A stretch of DNA of 64,000 nt, taken from assembly GCA_008632985.1 (NCBI GenBank), contig QPGO01000004.1, forward strand, positions 868,001-932,000, written 5' to 3'. Position 1 is the first letter of the stretch. Each line of letters starts with the position of its first letter. This DNA comes from Psammoneis japonica. Taxonomy: Eukaryota. Position numbers and translations under genes: made by a program. The notes below the pieces were generated by a model, which was not told the DNA's origin, made no database searches, and worked only from the letters and a program-made list of their open reading frames with translations. Below, one piece after another: positions 47,859 through 60,600 of this stretch.

Positions 47859-48664
47859 AAATGTCACAAAAACAATTGCTGCAGCACTGGCCAATGAGTG
47901 AAAGAGAAGCAACCACTTTGCAGTGCAAAAAGCACCATGTGAAAAAGAGAGCGGCTCTTCCCTTCACCAAACAAGAAAATCCCTCCCAACATTTTCCCCT
48001 TTCTGGCACCTGGCAGACCATCATCATGTGACAGCATGGCTTCAAACACACCCCCAACAGCTGTGCAGCCAGCATCAGAGGAGAACAAGTGCCTCTCCTT
48101 GGAGCTTGGAGAGTGTCCTTGCTGCCAAAATGTCACAAAAACAATTGCTGCAGCACTGGCCCATGAGTGAAAGAGAAGCAACCACTTTGCAGTGCAAAAA
48201 GCACCATGTGAAAAAGAGAGCGGCTCTTCCCTTCACCAAACAAGAAAATCCCTCCCAACATTTTCCCCTTTCTGGCACCTGGCAGACCATCATCATGTGG
48301 CAGCATGGCTTCAAACACACCCCCAACAGCTGTGCAGCCAGCATCAGAGGAGAACAAGTGCTTCTCCTTGGAGCTTGGAGAGTGTCCTTGCTGCCAAAAT
48401 GTCACAAAAACAATTGCTGCAGCACTGGCCAATGAGTGAAAGAGAAGCAACCACTTTGCAGTGCAAAAAGCACCATGTGAAAAAGAGAGCAGCTCTTCCC
48501 TTCACCAAACAAGAAAATCCCTCCCAACATTTTCCCCTTTCTGGCACCTGGCAGACCATCATCATGTGACAGCATGGCTTCAAACACACCCCCAACAGCT
48601 GTGCAGCCAGCATCAGAGGAGAACAAGTGCCTCTCCTTGGAGCTTGGAGAGTGTCCTTGCTGCC
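47859..48664. repeat. 269-bp tandem repeat, 3 near-identical copies
   Basis: aaatgtcacaaaaacaattgctgcagcactgg recurs at 47859, 48128 and 48397. Confidence 0.97.
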
Positions 48665-48768
48665 CCCCCCCCCCCAAGATCTGAAAGGAGCACAAAAAGT
48701 TGCCAGACAAAAAAAATGTTTTTCCTCTTGCTGACATTGCAAAAAGAAAAAGAGACCAAAAAGCAAGA

Positions 48769-49013
48769 TGACAGGATTTGAACAAGATTTTAGTTTGTCA
48801 CACACAATTGTGTGTGCTCTCAGTTCCACGCGCGTCGCGCGATGCAGTTTGCTTTCGAGCCACGCGGCTCACAAGAATGACAACAGCAGTGCTGATGTCA
48901 CGACACCAGTCTTTCGGCTCCTGCAATGGTCTCTGCATGGAGACTCATCTGCCATTTAGACAGCAGCAAGGAGTCATTGTTTTCTTCCACCCAGTCATCT
49001 TCGCTTGCTGTCA
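48769..49013 (+). repeat. 5' LTR (245 bp)
   Basis: Direct repeat of 54353-54599 with TG...CA ends. Confidence 0.95.
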
Positions 49014-50227
49014 GATCAACAGCCTTGCTCTTCATTGTCCACTGAGCATTCATCATCATCATCGAGAAATTTTTCGATGACGCGCACCGTTGGCGGTGGA
49101 AGCACACATCTACCTTCTTCACTGCTGGATGCTGGATTAAATCCACACATTTGGATTTATCCAATGCCTCCCATCGTTGGATGCATTTGTTCAACGTGTG
49201 TTTGTTTGACCAGGAATTCCCGAATTCTCAAGCATCTGAGATTCCAGATTCCTTGTGGCGGATCCTGCCAATCCATCCGCTCGTGTCCATGCGCACACGA
49301 TGCAAACCCTTGACTCTGGCCCTGCTCCACGCACACCAAGTCTGCCACCTTGCATCTGCGCTGGATTGCTGGTCTTCTACAGCCCTGCAAGGTCCACAAG
49401 GACAACTGTGAGAGGGACGCGTTCCAGCTCTGGGTGGGACCTTGCACTGCTGCACTGTGACATCAACAGTTTTTTGGATCACGTCGCATGTCGCGCACGC
49501 ACATTTCTGCGTGTTGCATTCTACGAAATTGTTTCATGCTCCCTGTTTTGTGAAGCCAAAGGCTTTCTATTTTCAACAGTTGTGAGAATGAAAATGTGCT
49601 GGGCATGTTCTTCAATGTCTGAAGAACACACCCGGGCAAACTGTCAATGATGTGCTGCAAGCATGGAGGAGGAGATGCATTCGTAAAATTGCCTCTTTTT
49701 CTGTTGGCAATCATTCATGTTTTCATTGCAGCAGGAATTTACTGCAGAGCTTGCACATGGAATTCTACGGGCCCAATGTCACACGGAGTCCCACCTGGGA
49801 CTGGAACCCATCGAGGAAGCAGTTCGTGATCACAGCCTGCGTTGGGGTGAGGGTGCATTTCCCATGTTTGTTCGTCCCTCCACAGCGCCAAATTTGGCCG
49901 GCCTGATCGGGTCACCCAACCGACATAAAATGAGAACGGTTCGGAGGTCTTGTCCACCTCTGGCCAGCTTGTCGGCAGGGGTTTTTAACCCGTTACTCCG
50001 CTCTCAGGCAACCCAAAGCATCGCCAGCTGCGGGTTCAGACGTGCCGGCACAACTCTACAGACCAGATGGGAAGCTTGGCACTTAACTACAAACAGGATG
50101 TCATGGCCCGGCGGCTTCTGACTCTTGAGACAGTTCAAGACATCAAGTCAAGATTCAAGTCAAGTTTCAAGTCATTTCAAGCTCACCCTCCGACTCTAGC
50201 TGGTTCCGACATTCACCCAGTTGCAAC

Positions 50228-53200
50228 ATGGTTCTCACCAGGCAACAACAAATCAATGGCCTCGAGCACATTCTAGGCACTGTTCTGAATCAAGCTGCAG
50301 ACAGTCCATTGCGCTCCGCTCTCAACATTGATGGAGCCGATTCGCATCAGGACCTTTTCACTTTTACACCAATGCAATTGGATGTCCTCGTGCACAACGA
50401 CGGCACCAGTCAAATGCCCTTGCCACATGGTTGCAAAGCACAGATGGCTGTGCTGACCAGCCTGCACATGGCAAAAGCGCGTGGCGGCGTGGATGTCAGC
50501 AATGACCCTCAACTGTTCATGCAAGAGGAGCTCACCAACTGTCATCTCAGTCCTGAGCATGTGGCATCCCTCTCCATGGGTGCAGCACCATCTGCTCCCA
50601 CCCCTGGCTTGTTGCCACCCAAACCACGTGATCCCGTGCGTGACTTTAAATGAGGCATCAAACGTGACCCGCTTGCCTTCGTGCTTCTCAAGTCTGACAA
50701 ACAGTGGCACACGTGGCACATCTCCATCATCGCACAGGCCCACTCCCAAGACGTCGCATGCATTCTTGATCCGACGTACAAGCCCTCTACAGCTGAGGAC
50801 AAGGCCCTGTTTGCTGAACAACAGAAGTGCATGTTCGCCGCATTTGAACGGATTTTGCAGAATGACAAAGGCAAGGCTCTTGTTTGTCAACATGTCGGCT
50901 CCTCTGATGCTCAAGCAGTGTGTCGTGATCTCTCCAAGCATGCCCTTGCTTCTGCTCATGCATCCCTGGAGTCCTTGACCCTTCTCACGTACCTCACCAC
51001 TGCTCACCTTGGTGATGGCACCTGGAAAGGATCTGCTCATGCCTTCATGCTCCACTGGCAGGACCAGCTCCACAAGTGTGAAGCTCTTGTCCCGGGTGCG
51101 GACCATTTCTCTGCTGGCCAGAAACATGTCATGCTTGAGAACACCGTTCATCCCATTGAGGAACTCCATTCAGTGAAGAATCAGGCCGATCAGTTCTGCA
51201 CGCAGAATGGAAAGGGGCTCTCTTACGAAGAGCACTGTGTGCTCCTGCTCTCTGCTGCAGCACAGTGCGACAGCACGTTCACCCCCAAGACGGCTCCTCG
51301 CGCCCCGCGCCGTGCCATCTACGAACATGACCTGGTCCCTGACGACCCTGATGACGATGCATTCTTTGACATCGACAGGGATGTTGACGTCATTCAAGCT
51401 CATGCTGCACAAACTCGCGGCAATTCCCTCACCAAGGAACAATGGCATCGCATCCCGCCGGACCATCAGCGCATTTGGGACACCTTGCCCCAATCCACTG
51501 AGGCCATCATTCTTGCCAACTGCCATGACTCGATGGCGGTCAACCTGCATGACCTCCGCCTTGGCAGTGATGGCGACGTCAACTTGTCCGCCAACACTCA
51601 CGATCTTGCGTCAGCCTCCACACAATCTGACGCCACAGCCAATGCAGCCGATGCCAACCCCATTCTGGCTCATCTCACCAGGCGCAAGCCTCTGCCACCC
51701 GGCGACTTGCAACATCTCCTGGCACCTGAATGGCCTCCTTCTGCCTGTTCTGGTGAGAAACCGCCCGGATCTGCACCTTCCGTCCACTTTGACGCGAAGC
51801 CCATTGACACTGACATTGAGATCAACGGCCACAAATGCCATCGCATCAACAACCACAATGTCGTCTGCTCTGCCTCAACCCACAAGTCAACTCACAAAGG
51901 TGCTCTCATGGATCATGGTGCAAACGGTGGCATCGCCGGTGATGATGTTCGTGTCATTGCCCGCGCTGGTCGCCAGGTTGACGTCCAAGGTGTCGACGAT
52001 CATCAACTGGTGGACATTCCCATTGTCGCTGCCGGTGGTGTCATCCACACACAACGCGGCCCTGCCATTGCCATTCTTCACCAGTGTGCCTGCACTGGAA
52101 AGGGGAAGATGATGCACTCTTGCAGCCAGCTCAACCGGTGCAAACACGATGTCAACGATTGGTCCATCAAGGTCCCCAATGGTCTGCAGCACATCACCAC
52201 CATTGATGGATGCGTCGTGACCATTTGCATTAAAGCCGGCCTCCTGCACATCGCCATGCGCCCACACACCGACGCCGAATGGGACACTCTGCCGCATGTC
52301 ATTCTCACTGGTGATGACACATGGGATCCATCTGTCCTTGACCACCAGTTCATGGATGATGAGACGTGGTGTGATGCCATGTCTGACCTCCAAGATGACC
52401 CAACTGCCAACCTCTTTGATGAGTTTGGCAACTGTCATCACCACCATGTTGTCAACAATGCCATGCTTGCACACTCCGTCCTTGATGATCACCTGCTCCC
52501 GACATCTGATTTCTTCTACGAATGCCATGAGCGCGAACTCAATCCCAAGGATCCTGACTTTGAGTCCCTCTGCCCCTGCTTTGGCTTTCTCCTGAAGGAC
52601 ACTGTCCGCCGCACTTTTGATTGCACGACGCAGTGCGCCCGCATGCCAGCCAGCATGCACCTGAAAAAGGCGTGCAAATCACCCAACCCAGCTCTCAATG
52701 TCCACCGACGCAATGAACCCGTTGCCACCAACACGGTCTGCTCCAACACCCCTGCCATTGACTCTGGTTGCACCAGCGCCCAGCTCTTTGTTGGCACGGA
52801 ATCTCTTGTCACTGACGTGCATGGCACCAAAACTGACAAAGAATTTGTCAACACCCTCGAAGACAACATTCTCGCAATCGTGGTGCCCGTCCAAGCTCAT
52901 CAGCGACCGTGCTCAGGTTGGGATCAGCAACAAGGTTCTTGGCATCCTTCGTGCCCTCTTCATCTCCAGTTGGCAAAGCGAGCCTCACCACCAGCATCAG
53001 AATTTTGCTGAACACCGCTGCCAAACTGTGAAGACCATGGCCAACACTGTCATGGATCACTTCGGGTCCCCGGCTTGCACCTGGCTGCTCGCCCTGATGT
53101 GCGTGTGTTTTGTGCTCAACCACACGGCATCCGCCAAGCTCCACTGGCATGCCCCCACTGAGGTGCTGTCCGGCTCTGCTCCCGACATCAGCCCGCTCCT

Positions 53201-54300
53201 CCGCTTTCAATGGTGGGAACCCATTTTCTGCCACCTGGATGATTCCGACTGGCCGCCCAAATCCCGTGAATTACGTGGTCGCTTCGTTGGCATCGCCGAA
53301 CACGTTGGTCACCAAATGATGTTTAAAATTCTTTCTGTCAACACTCAGAAGATTCTCTGCCATTCCAACGTGCGCTCCACCCATGATCCGTCTGCTCCAA
53401 ACCTGTGTCTTGATCCTCCTGACAAGAAATCTGCTGACCCTGTCATTAAATCCCGCCACGACTCCGAGAATTCGCCAGACTCACCAGATGGGGAGGCGAT
53501 CAGGATGCCCAAAATGCCGGTCTTTGACCCCGAGGATGTCATGGGATGCACCTTCCTCATGAAGCCACAAGAGGATGGACAACACCTCAGAGCCCGCATC
53601 GTCAAAGCCGTTGAGGACCATGACTGGAAAATCAGAGGCAATCCCGAACTGGTCAAGTTCATTTGCTCCATCAACAATGACGAATGCGAGGAAGTCCCAG
53701 CCTGCAATGACATCATGCACCACATTGAGCAAGAAGACGAGGACCCAACTCTCTGGAAGTTCCAACACATCGCATCGCATGAAGGACCATTGCGACCCCA
53801 TGATCTCTCTTGGAAAGGCTCAAGCTGCAACGTCATGCTCGAATGGGAGAATGGGGAGATCACGTCCGAACCCCTTGCCATCATTGCCAAGGATGACCCC
53901 ATCACCTGTGCCATCTACGCGCGTGAGCACAGCCTTCTAGAAACTGAAGGATGGAGATGTTTTTGCAAGACAGCACTTCGTCAGAAGAAGCCATTCCACA
54001 TGGCCAACCAAGCCAAGTTGTGCTCCTTTTGTGCTGCACCACGATGCAAGTGCGGGTGTGAAGTGCCACGGGACTACAAGCATGCCATGGCCCTTGATGA
54101 GCACAATGGCAACCACAAGTGGGGAGACGCAACGGACCTCGAGATGACTCAGCTTGATGAGTGCGAAGTCTTCCACGACTGCAGACACCACAAGGATTCC
54201 AGTGCTCCATTGGGACACAAGAAGATCCAGGTGCATCTCGTCTGTGATGTCAAACATGACGGACAGCACAAAGCAAGGCTTGTTGCCGATGGACACCTCA
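50228..54300 (+). pseudogene. Copia gag-pol pseudogene (RT truncated, no RNase H)
   Basis: Protease-like ALMDHGANGG, integrase-like LISDRAQ and QNFAEHRCQTVK, EWENGEITSEPL, RT start VHLVCDVKHDGQHKARLVADGHLT; stop at 50651 and a frameshift near 52875. Confidence 0.9.
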
Positions 54301-54352
54301 CAAAATCCGACTTCAAATCTGTCGCTGTTGACCCCTCAAGCAAACTGGGGAG

Positions 54353-54599
54353 TGACAGGATTTGAACAAGATTTTAGTTTGTCACACATGATCACATGTG
54401 CTCTCAGTTCCACACGCATCGCGCGATGCAGTTTGCTTTTGAGCCACACGGCTCACAAGAATGACAACAGCAGTGCCGACATCACAACACCAGTCTTTCG
54501 GCTCCTGTGACAGTCTCTGCGCATGGAGACTCATCTGCCATTTAGACAGCAGCAAGGAGTCATCATTTTCTTCCACCCAGTCATCTTCACTTGCTGTCA
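54353..54599 (+). repeat. 3' LTR (247 bp)
   Basis: Direct repeat of 48769-49013, preceded by the PPT and followed by the TSD. Confidence 0.95.
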
Positions 54600-57075
54600 C
54601 AAGATGCGCTGCAGCAGCATTGTTTTTGCTGCAGTTTCTGGCGGGGCAGATGTGCTTCATCCTGGGCATCTCACCACAACTTGTTTTTTCACCACTGGCA
54701 GCTGCCCGTCCTGTGCTGAGCAGTGTGCTTTTCTGACACAAGTGACAGCCAGCCAACAGGGTTTTGCAGCATCTTTTGGCTGGGTCAAGTCATGGGGCAA
54801 GTTTTTCTCATGTGGGCACATTGTGCATCAGCCTCTGCATGTTGAACACTGCCCATTCTTGTGCAAATTAAGCAGATGTGCATGACAAAGGGACAAATCA
54901 TCTTTTGCATTGCTGCTTTTTCATCCAGTGATTGCCCCATTGCTTGTTTGCATTGCACCTTGAGCACATGTGGCACTCTCAATGCTGGATGCTGGTTTCA
55001 CTTGCAGTTGAAACATTGTCTCCAATGGCGCCAGCTCCAAGCAGTTTGAGCCTTTCTAAGAATTTGAGCTGAGCAACCAACTGGGTGTGCATTGAGACCA
55101 TTTTCCCCTCTTGCACTCCACACACAAAAATCATGCACATTGCAACAAAAGCTCACCATGACAATGACGAGCAATTCATTGGCAATGCCTTCCCATGATG
55201 TGGTGCCCATTGGTGTGCTCAAGAATGCAAACGCCGCCCACTCCTGTCTCCTGAACATTTGACACCAGCCATCTCTGGTCATGTGCTTGGCAAGTGGCCT
55301 CACAGTTGGCAGAGTGAGGTTGGGTTAAAACATTTTTCTTCTCAATGCAAAAACAACAAACACTGTTGTTGTTGCTGGCCCACCCTGCTGGTGGCGGTGG
55401 CAAATCACTTGTTTGTGATGTCATCAGCAATTGCCTTTGTGGCACAAGCCTTGCTGTTGTTGCAACAAAGCAACAACAACAACAACCACAGTGCAGCCCT
55501 GTTGCTGTGTCATTTTGCTTGAACAAAATTTCCAAAAATCCTGCTCAAATGAAAGGGTTTTTTTGACATGATGCATTGCCTCCCAGCACTGGTTCCCTCA
55601 TGGGGCAGCTTTTTTTTGTTTCCCTTGCCTTGGTTGATCATTTCTGATGATGAGCTGTTGCAGCTCCTTTTTTTCATTTTATGCCAGGGTTTGCTGTGGC
55701 TGATTGCTCTTGACAAACCCATCTTTTTGTCAGCTTTGCTCTGCCCTTTTGTTCTGAATTCCACAAGCTGCGCCACAGCTCTTTTGCCCAGCTGCCCTCA
55801 GTCTCTTTGCCAACACTCTCCCACTCATGAGACTGCAACTTGTGCCAGCTGCAGACTGTCACACCCGTGAAGGCATTGGCTGGAATCAAAATTTTCCATC
55901 CTTCTGTTGGCCACCTCTGCTGGACGTGGCGCATCATCATGTCGTCTTCCTCATTGCTTGCAGCAACTGACTGTTTAGATTGGTTTCAAAACACACTGCC
56001 AGTTTGCTTGTTGCTGCTGTTGATTCTTCCAAGCACATTGTCTGCTCTTGATGGTGGACAAAAATCAAGACATTTCATGTGAGCCTTTTGACTTGGGGGG
56101 ATTCTTGCAGCAAAATGCACCACTCCATTGATGTCATTTCCCTTGCTGGAATGCCAACAAAATTGCAAAAGGCACATTGTGCAGCCACCTTTGTTCATGG
56201 AGGTCCCTCTTTCTCTGACATGATGTTTGATCCCAACTTCTCTTTGCTGCAAGCAGGGCTTCCAACATTGGTGTAAATTCTCTGGACACCATGGCAGTTC
56301 TCAGGCTGGACTTTCCACCTTCCAACAGGGTTGTGACAGCAATGGTGACTCCTCCTTTGACAGCCATTTCCTGTCAAGTCACACATGTGTTTTGCTGGTG
56401 ACATTCATTTGCCTGTTTTTTTTTTGAATTTGGATCTCACATCTCATGGAGGCAAAGGCATCACTGGAAGTGACAGAATTCAAAATGCACAACTCAGCAC
56501 AAGTCCTTTGCTTTCTTTGTTCACACATTGCTCTTGCCAGGTGTTCTTCAAGGTTTTGCTTTCACACCCTGCCTTTGTCCCAACTGTGCCAAGCCATGCA
56601 GTGTGCTGCCTTGCAATGATTGCACCTGCTGCAAGTGCCAACAGCAACCCCACCTGTTGCTGCACCCAGCTTTGAGCTGTGTTGGTGTGGTGGCTTTGAT
56701 TCTGCCACACATGTTGATGTTTTTGTGCACAGCAATTGCCCTGTCAAGACTGCCCAGTTTTTTGCTGAAGCCATTGATGACATCAGGTCCTTTCTGCATG
56801 CTCCTGCTTTGCTTTTTTCACAGAAATGTGGCAAAGGTCAAGCCAAAGGAGGCTGTGAACCAAACAGCTCCAGCTTTTGTTCCAGCAGGATTCTGGTTTT
56901 TGAGACAGCCAAGGACAAATCCAAGAGAGCAGAGCTGCGTTGTCACTTGGGCTCATCATGCTGGGTGCCACTGGCAACTTTGCAAAATGGATCATGACAG
57001 ATTTCAGGAACCTGAGTGAACCAATTGACCAAGCAGTTTCTGCTCTGGCACAAAGTCAAGCACACTGATGGCTTC

Positions 57076-57690
57076 TGTCAGGAACCCATCATCATTTTGT
57101 CCTTCTGTGGTGCAAAACAATGGCAGCTTGCAAGCAGCTGATGCTGCCTCTCTTCTTGTTCCCCAGCTCTCAATCTTGTCAGCAGCAGTGGTGGGCTCTT
57201 CTTGTTTTTCATTTCCTCCTCACCTGCTTGAAACACGTTTTTTGATCCAAGCACATTGACAGCCATCTGACAGATTTTGCCAACTCAACATTTCCCCACT
57301 CAGTGCCATCATGCCACCCTCTGCCTCCACATCATCTCATTCGGCATTTCATTTGGCAGCTTTTTTGGAGTCATGACAGTTTTGGAAACCCACACAAACA
57401 CCAAATCTGATGCATCAAAGGATTTTGTCAGGAGCTCATTGTCACCTTGTCTTTTTGCACTGCAAAACAATGGCAGCTTCAGCTGCTGGCACTGCTGCCA
57501 TTCTCTTCTCATTTCCCAACTCTCAATCTCATCAGTGGTGTGTGCTCTTGTTTTGCCTTTTCTCCTTGGTGCCCACTTGTGATTTTGCCAACTCAACATT
57601 TTCCCACTTTGGCGCCAATCTCCAGTGCACCATTGTGCCACTCTCTGTGTCTCTGCATCACCTTCTTTGGCAGCTTCTTTGGCTCTGTTG
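57076..57690. repeat. Old, diverged ~310-350-bp tandem duplication
   Basis: tgcaaaacaatggcagctt at 57111 and 57461; gattttgccaactcaacattt at 57273 and 57581. Confidence 0.8.
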
Positions 57691-60600
57691 TCATGCAGTG
57701 CCCCAACAATCTTGGGGTCCTTTGCAGTCATTGGCAGCCCCAAAGAGCCATCACTTGAATCCATCCATTTCAGTGCTGCCACTCACGCCCTTGATCCCTG
57801 CACACATTGACTGCAGCAACCACTCCAGTCTCATCACACTCTGTTGACTTAACATCATGCATCTGCCATGGAAAACAGCATCGCCTCTTCATCCTCTGAC
57901 CTGCAATCTCTTCTTCCCATCTTGCTGCATTTTTAGACTTTGCCTGTGCACTCAACTCTGTGGTCAGATTGGGGAGCTCATTCCCAAACATGCCATCCTT
58001 TGTGTTCTTGTGGTTTGGGATTTCTGCTGTGGCACAAGTGGTGTGCAGCAACTCTGCAACCAATCATTTCTCTGGGGTCTGACTGGGCACAGATGTTCTT
58101 TTCCTCAAGTTGTCTGCTGCACCTGGTTTGGGATCACAGTCTTGCAGGTTGATGCACTTCCACTCAAACATTTTGCCACTGCCAAGCCTTGCACATCATC
58201 AGTTGGAAGTTGAATGAGTGCACTTTGCCATCATCAATGCAATGTTCCAGGATGAGTCTTCTGGCACCACTCAACAGTGTTTTGGAAGTTCATGTTGTGG
58301 CAGTGTGTCATTGCATGAACTCAATCAAGCTGTTTGCTTGGCACCCAACATGCCATTGGGTTCTCATGCCTGTCACTTCCCTTGTGCAGTGGGTGTGAAC
58401 AATTTGAGTGCATCATCTGTGGGACCTGAAAACAGGGGGGTTTCCATGCAATTGTTCAATTGTGCCCATGCCAACACTGAAGAGCAGTGTGTTTTTCCCA
58501 CAGCTGGAAATGTCAAATTGAGTTGGCTGTCCAACCATTCAACAATGAGAGTCACATTGCCATGATGAGCCAGCCGCTGAAAAAAGCAACAGAAAATTGG
58601 CAGCTTTGTGAACTCAATTGTCATGCAAAGCACTTCTTTGATTGTCAATGCAGCACATTCATTTGCCCACTTTGTGCACTTGTGGAAGGCAAATGAGAAT
58701 GCTTGCTCAGCTGTGACAATTGTTCCATCTGCTGAGCTCATTGTTGGTTCTCAGATGCACCCAAAACATTGCAATCAGGTGATGCTCAGCTTCTGTGAAA
58801 AGCATGACAGACATGCCAGCTGCCTGTTGACATGGCATTTCATTGCGCCAGTGCCACAAACTCAATTCCACCTCAGAGCCACCACTGCCCAAAAAGGCTG
58901 CAGTGGTGCAGCAGCGCAATGTGCACAGCACAGTGCAAAACTGGCCTCCCAAAAATGGAAGCCACCATCCCATGCAGATCTCCTGTGGTGCGCTGATGGC
59001 TTGACCCATGGCTTCTTCCTTGCTCACACAACCACCACATGTCAGTTGATGAAGCTGTGGGTGGATGATTGAGTGAGAGTCTAAAATGCCTTCACTTGCA
59101 TTTGGGACAGGCAATTGCCAACAGCCCTTGCCTGTGAAACCCTTTAGATGACAACACCACTTTGACAGTGTTGAGCAGCTGGAGCAATCTGAGCATGAGC
59201 AACCTCCTTGCCAGAGACACACAAAGATGTGCCCCACCAAATGCCAGTGGCATGTCATTGAAAGCTGTTGCAACACTTGGAAAATGCACTTGCAACTGGT
59301 TTTGAGCAAGCAAAAACTCCCAGACCTGCACCTGCTGCACAGATTGCACTCCACAGCCAGGATGAAAGGAAAAGATGCCACCACTGAGGGGGGTGCAGCG
59401 GCAATGCACACTTGCCATTGCATGGCAAGCACAACAGCTGATGTGTGCTGAGCAACCCACACACCTGTCAAATCAGTGCCTTCCAAAAAATTGCTGGAGC
59501 TGTGAAAGTCAAAGATCGAAAACAACAATTTGTGCCAAATGAGCCCCCCATCAGCTTGCAAGCAGGCACACCAATTGGTGATGAAGTGCATTGGTCTGTG
59601 CTTTGAAGGGCTTGGAGAAAGTGCCACAAGACACACAAGTCAAACATCATCAGATGAACATGTGGCACGGCGTTGTCTTGGTGACCTTTTTGCGTGCACA
59701 TTGGAGTTTAAGAGACTCAACCACCTCAAAAGCAACAAGAAAGATGACAGCGGGGGTTTGCCAGGGACAATGGAAAGACAAACACAAAATGTGGGAAAGC
59801 TTGACTGGGAATTGCAAGAAATGAAAACTCCAAAGTTCCCAGATGCCTTCAATGTCTGGTTGGTGTCCATCATGACAGTGGCACAAAATTCAAAAATGAG
59901 CGACACTCTTAAAGGAGTGTGTTTGTTGGGTGGTGCTGGCTTGTCCCACACAACTGGAAAGCTTGTGTCAAGACACTGAGTTGAAAGACTCATGCAGCGC
60001 TGCAGTGTTGCAGCATGCCCAAGACTGGGAAAAAGAGCGAGGGTTGCATCAGCAGAGAATGAGAACCTGTGAAACAAATCAACCCCAAACAGGCAGGAGA
60101 CATTGCTTTCTGGGGTTGTTCCAACAGATCTCGTGGGTCAAGAGAGTGCTCAACACTGCACAGCAGCACTGGATGCTCTCTTGAAAGCATTGCGCCATTT
60201 CCATGATGTCAGCCTGAGCAAGATCGGGAGATGCCAATGGCAGGAAGCATCCAAAACAACCCCAAACTGCCTTCTTGCATTGACCCTCCACAAAAGCACA
60301 GAATGACTTGAACACCACATCACCCCTGCTGATGGTGAGTGACAGAATCCTTTCTGCAGACATGTTGTCGTGCTTGCGATGTTTGAGCTGTGTGCCAACC
60401 TTGTTGCACTTTTGATTGACAAATGTCGCGCACATGACACAAAGAAGAATGCAGGCGATGATGTCCATTCCTTGAAATCTCTTTGCAGAGTGCACAGGCA
60501 TCTTGGCAACTCACCTCAGGATTCATGTCCTGAGCTTGTTTGATGACATCCAAGTGCAAGTGCTCAGCTGCTTGTGGGTCATTCAAGGACTTGCACACAC

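Larger units (their letters stand above)
48769..54599 (+). mobile_element. Ty1/Copia LTR retrotransposon (diatom CoDi-like), internally deleted and hypermutated
   Basis: Two LTRs TGACA...TGTCA; 5-bp TSD CAAGA (48764-48768 and 54600-54604); GGGGAG PPT before the 3' LTR; gag-PR-IN-RT order. Confidence 0.95.

Noticed and set aside
47859..48664. CRISPR-like array
   Set aside because: It is a plain tandem repeat without unique spacers, in a eukaryotic context with no cas genes.
49014..49035. Primer-binding site assignment for the Copia element
   Set aside because: gatcaacagccttgc lacks the canonical TGG start and may itself be mutated, so no tRNA can be assigned by eye.
50228..54300. Alternative genetic code explaining Tyr->Cys
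   Set aside because: Neighbouring host genes use TAY for conserved Tyr normally, and the same changes occur in non-coding LTR and spacer DNA.
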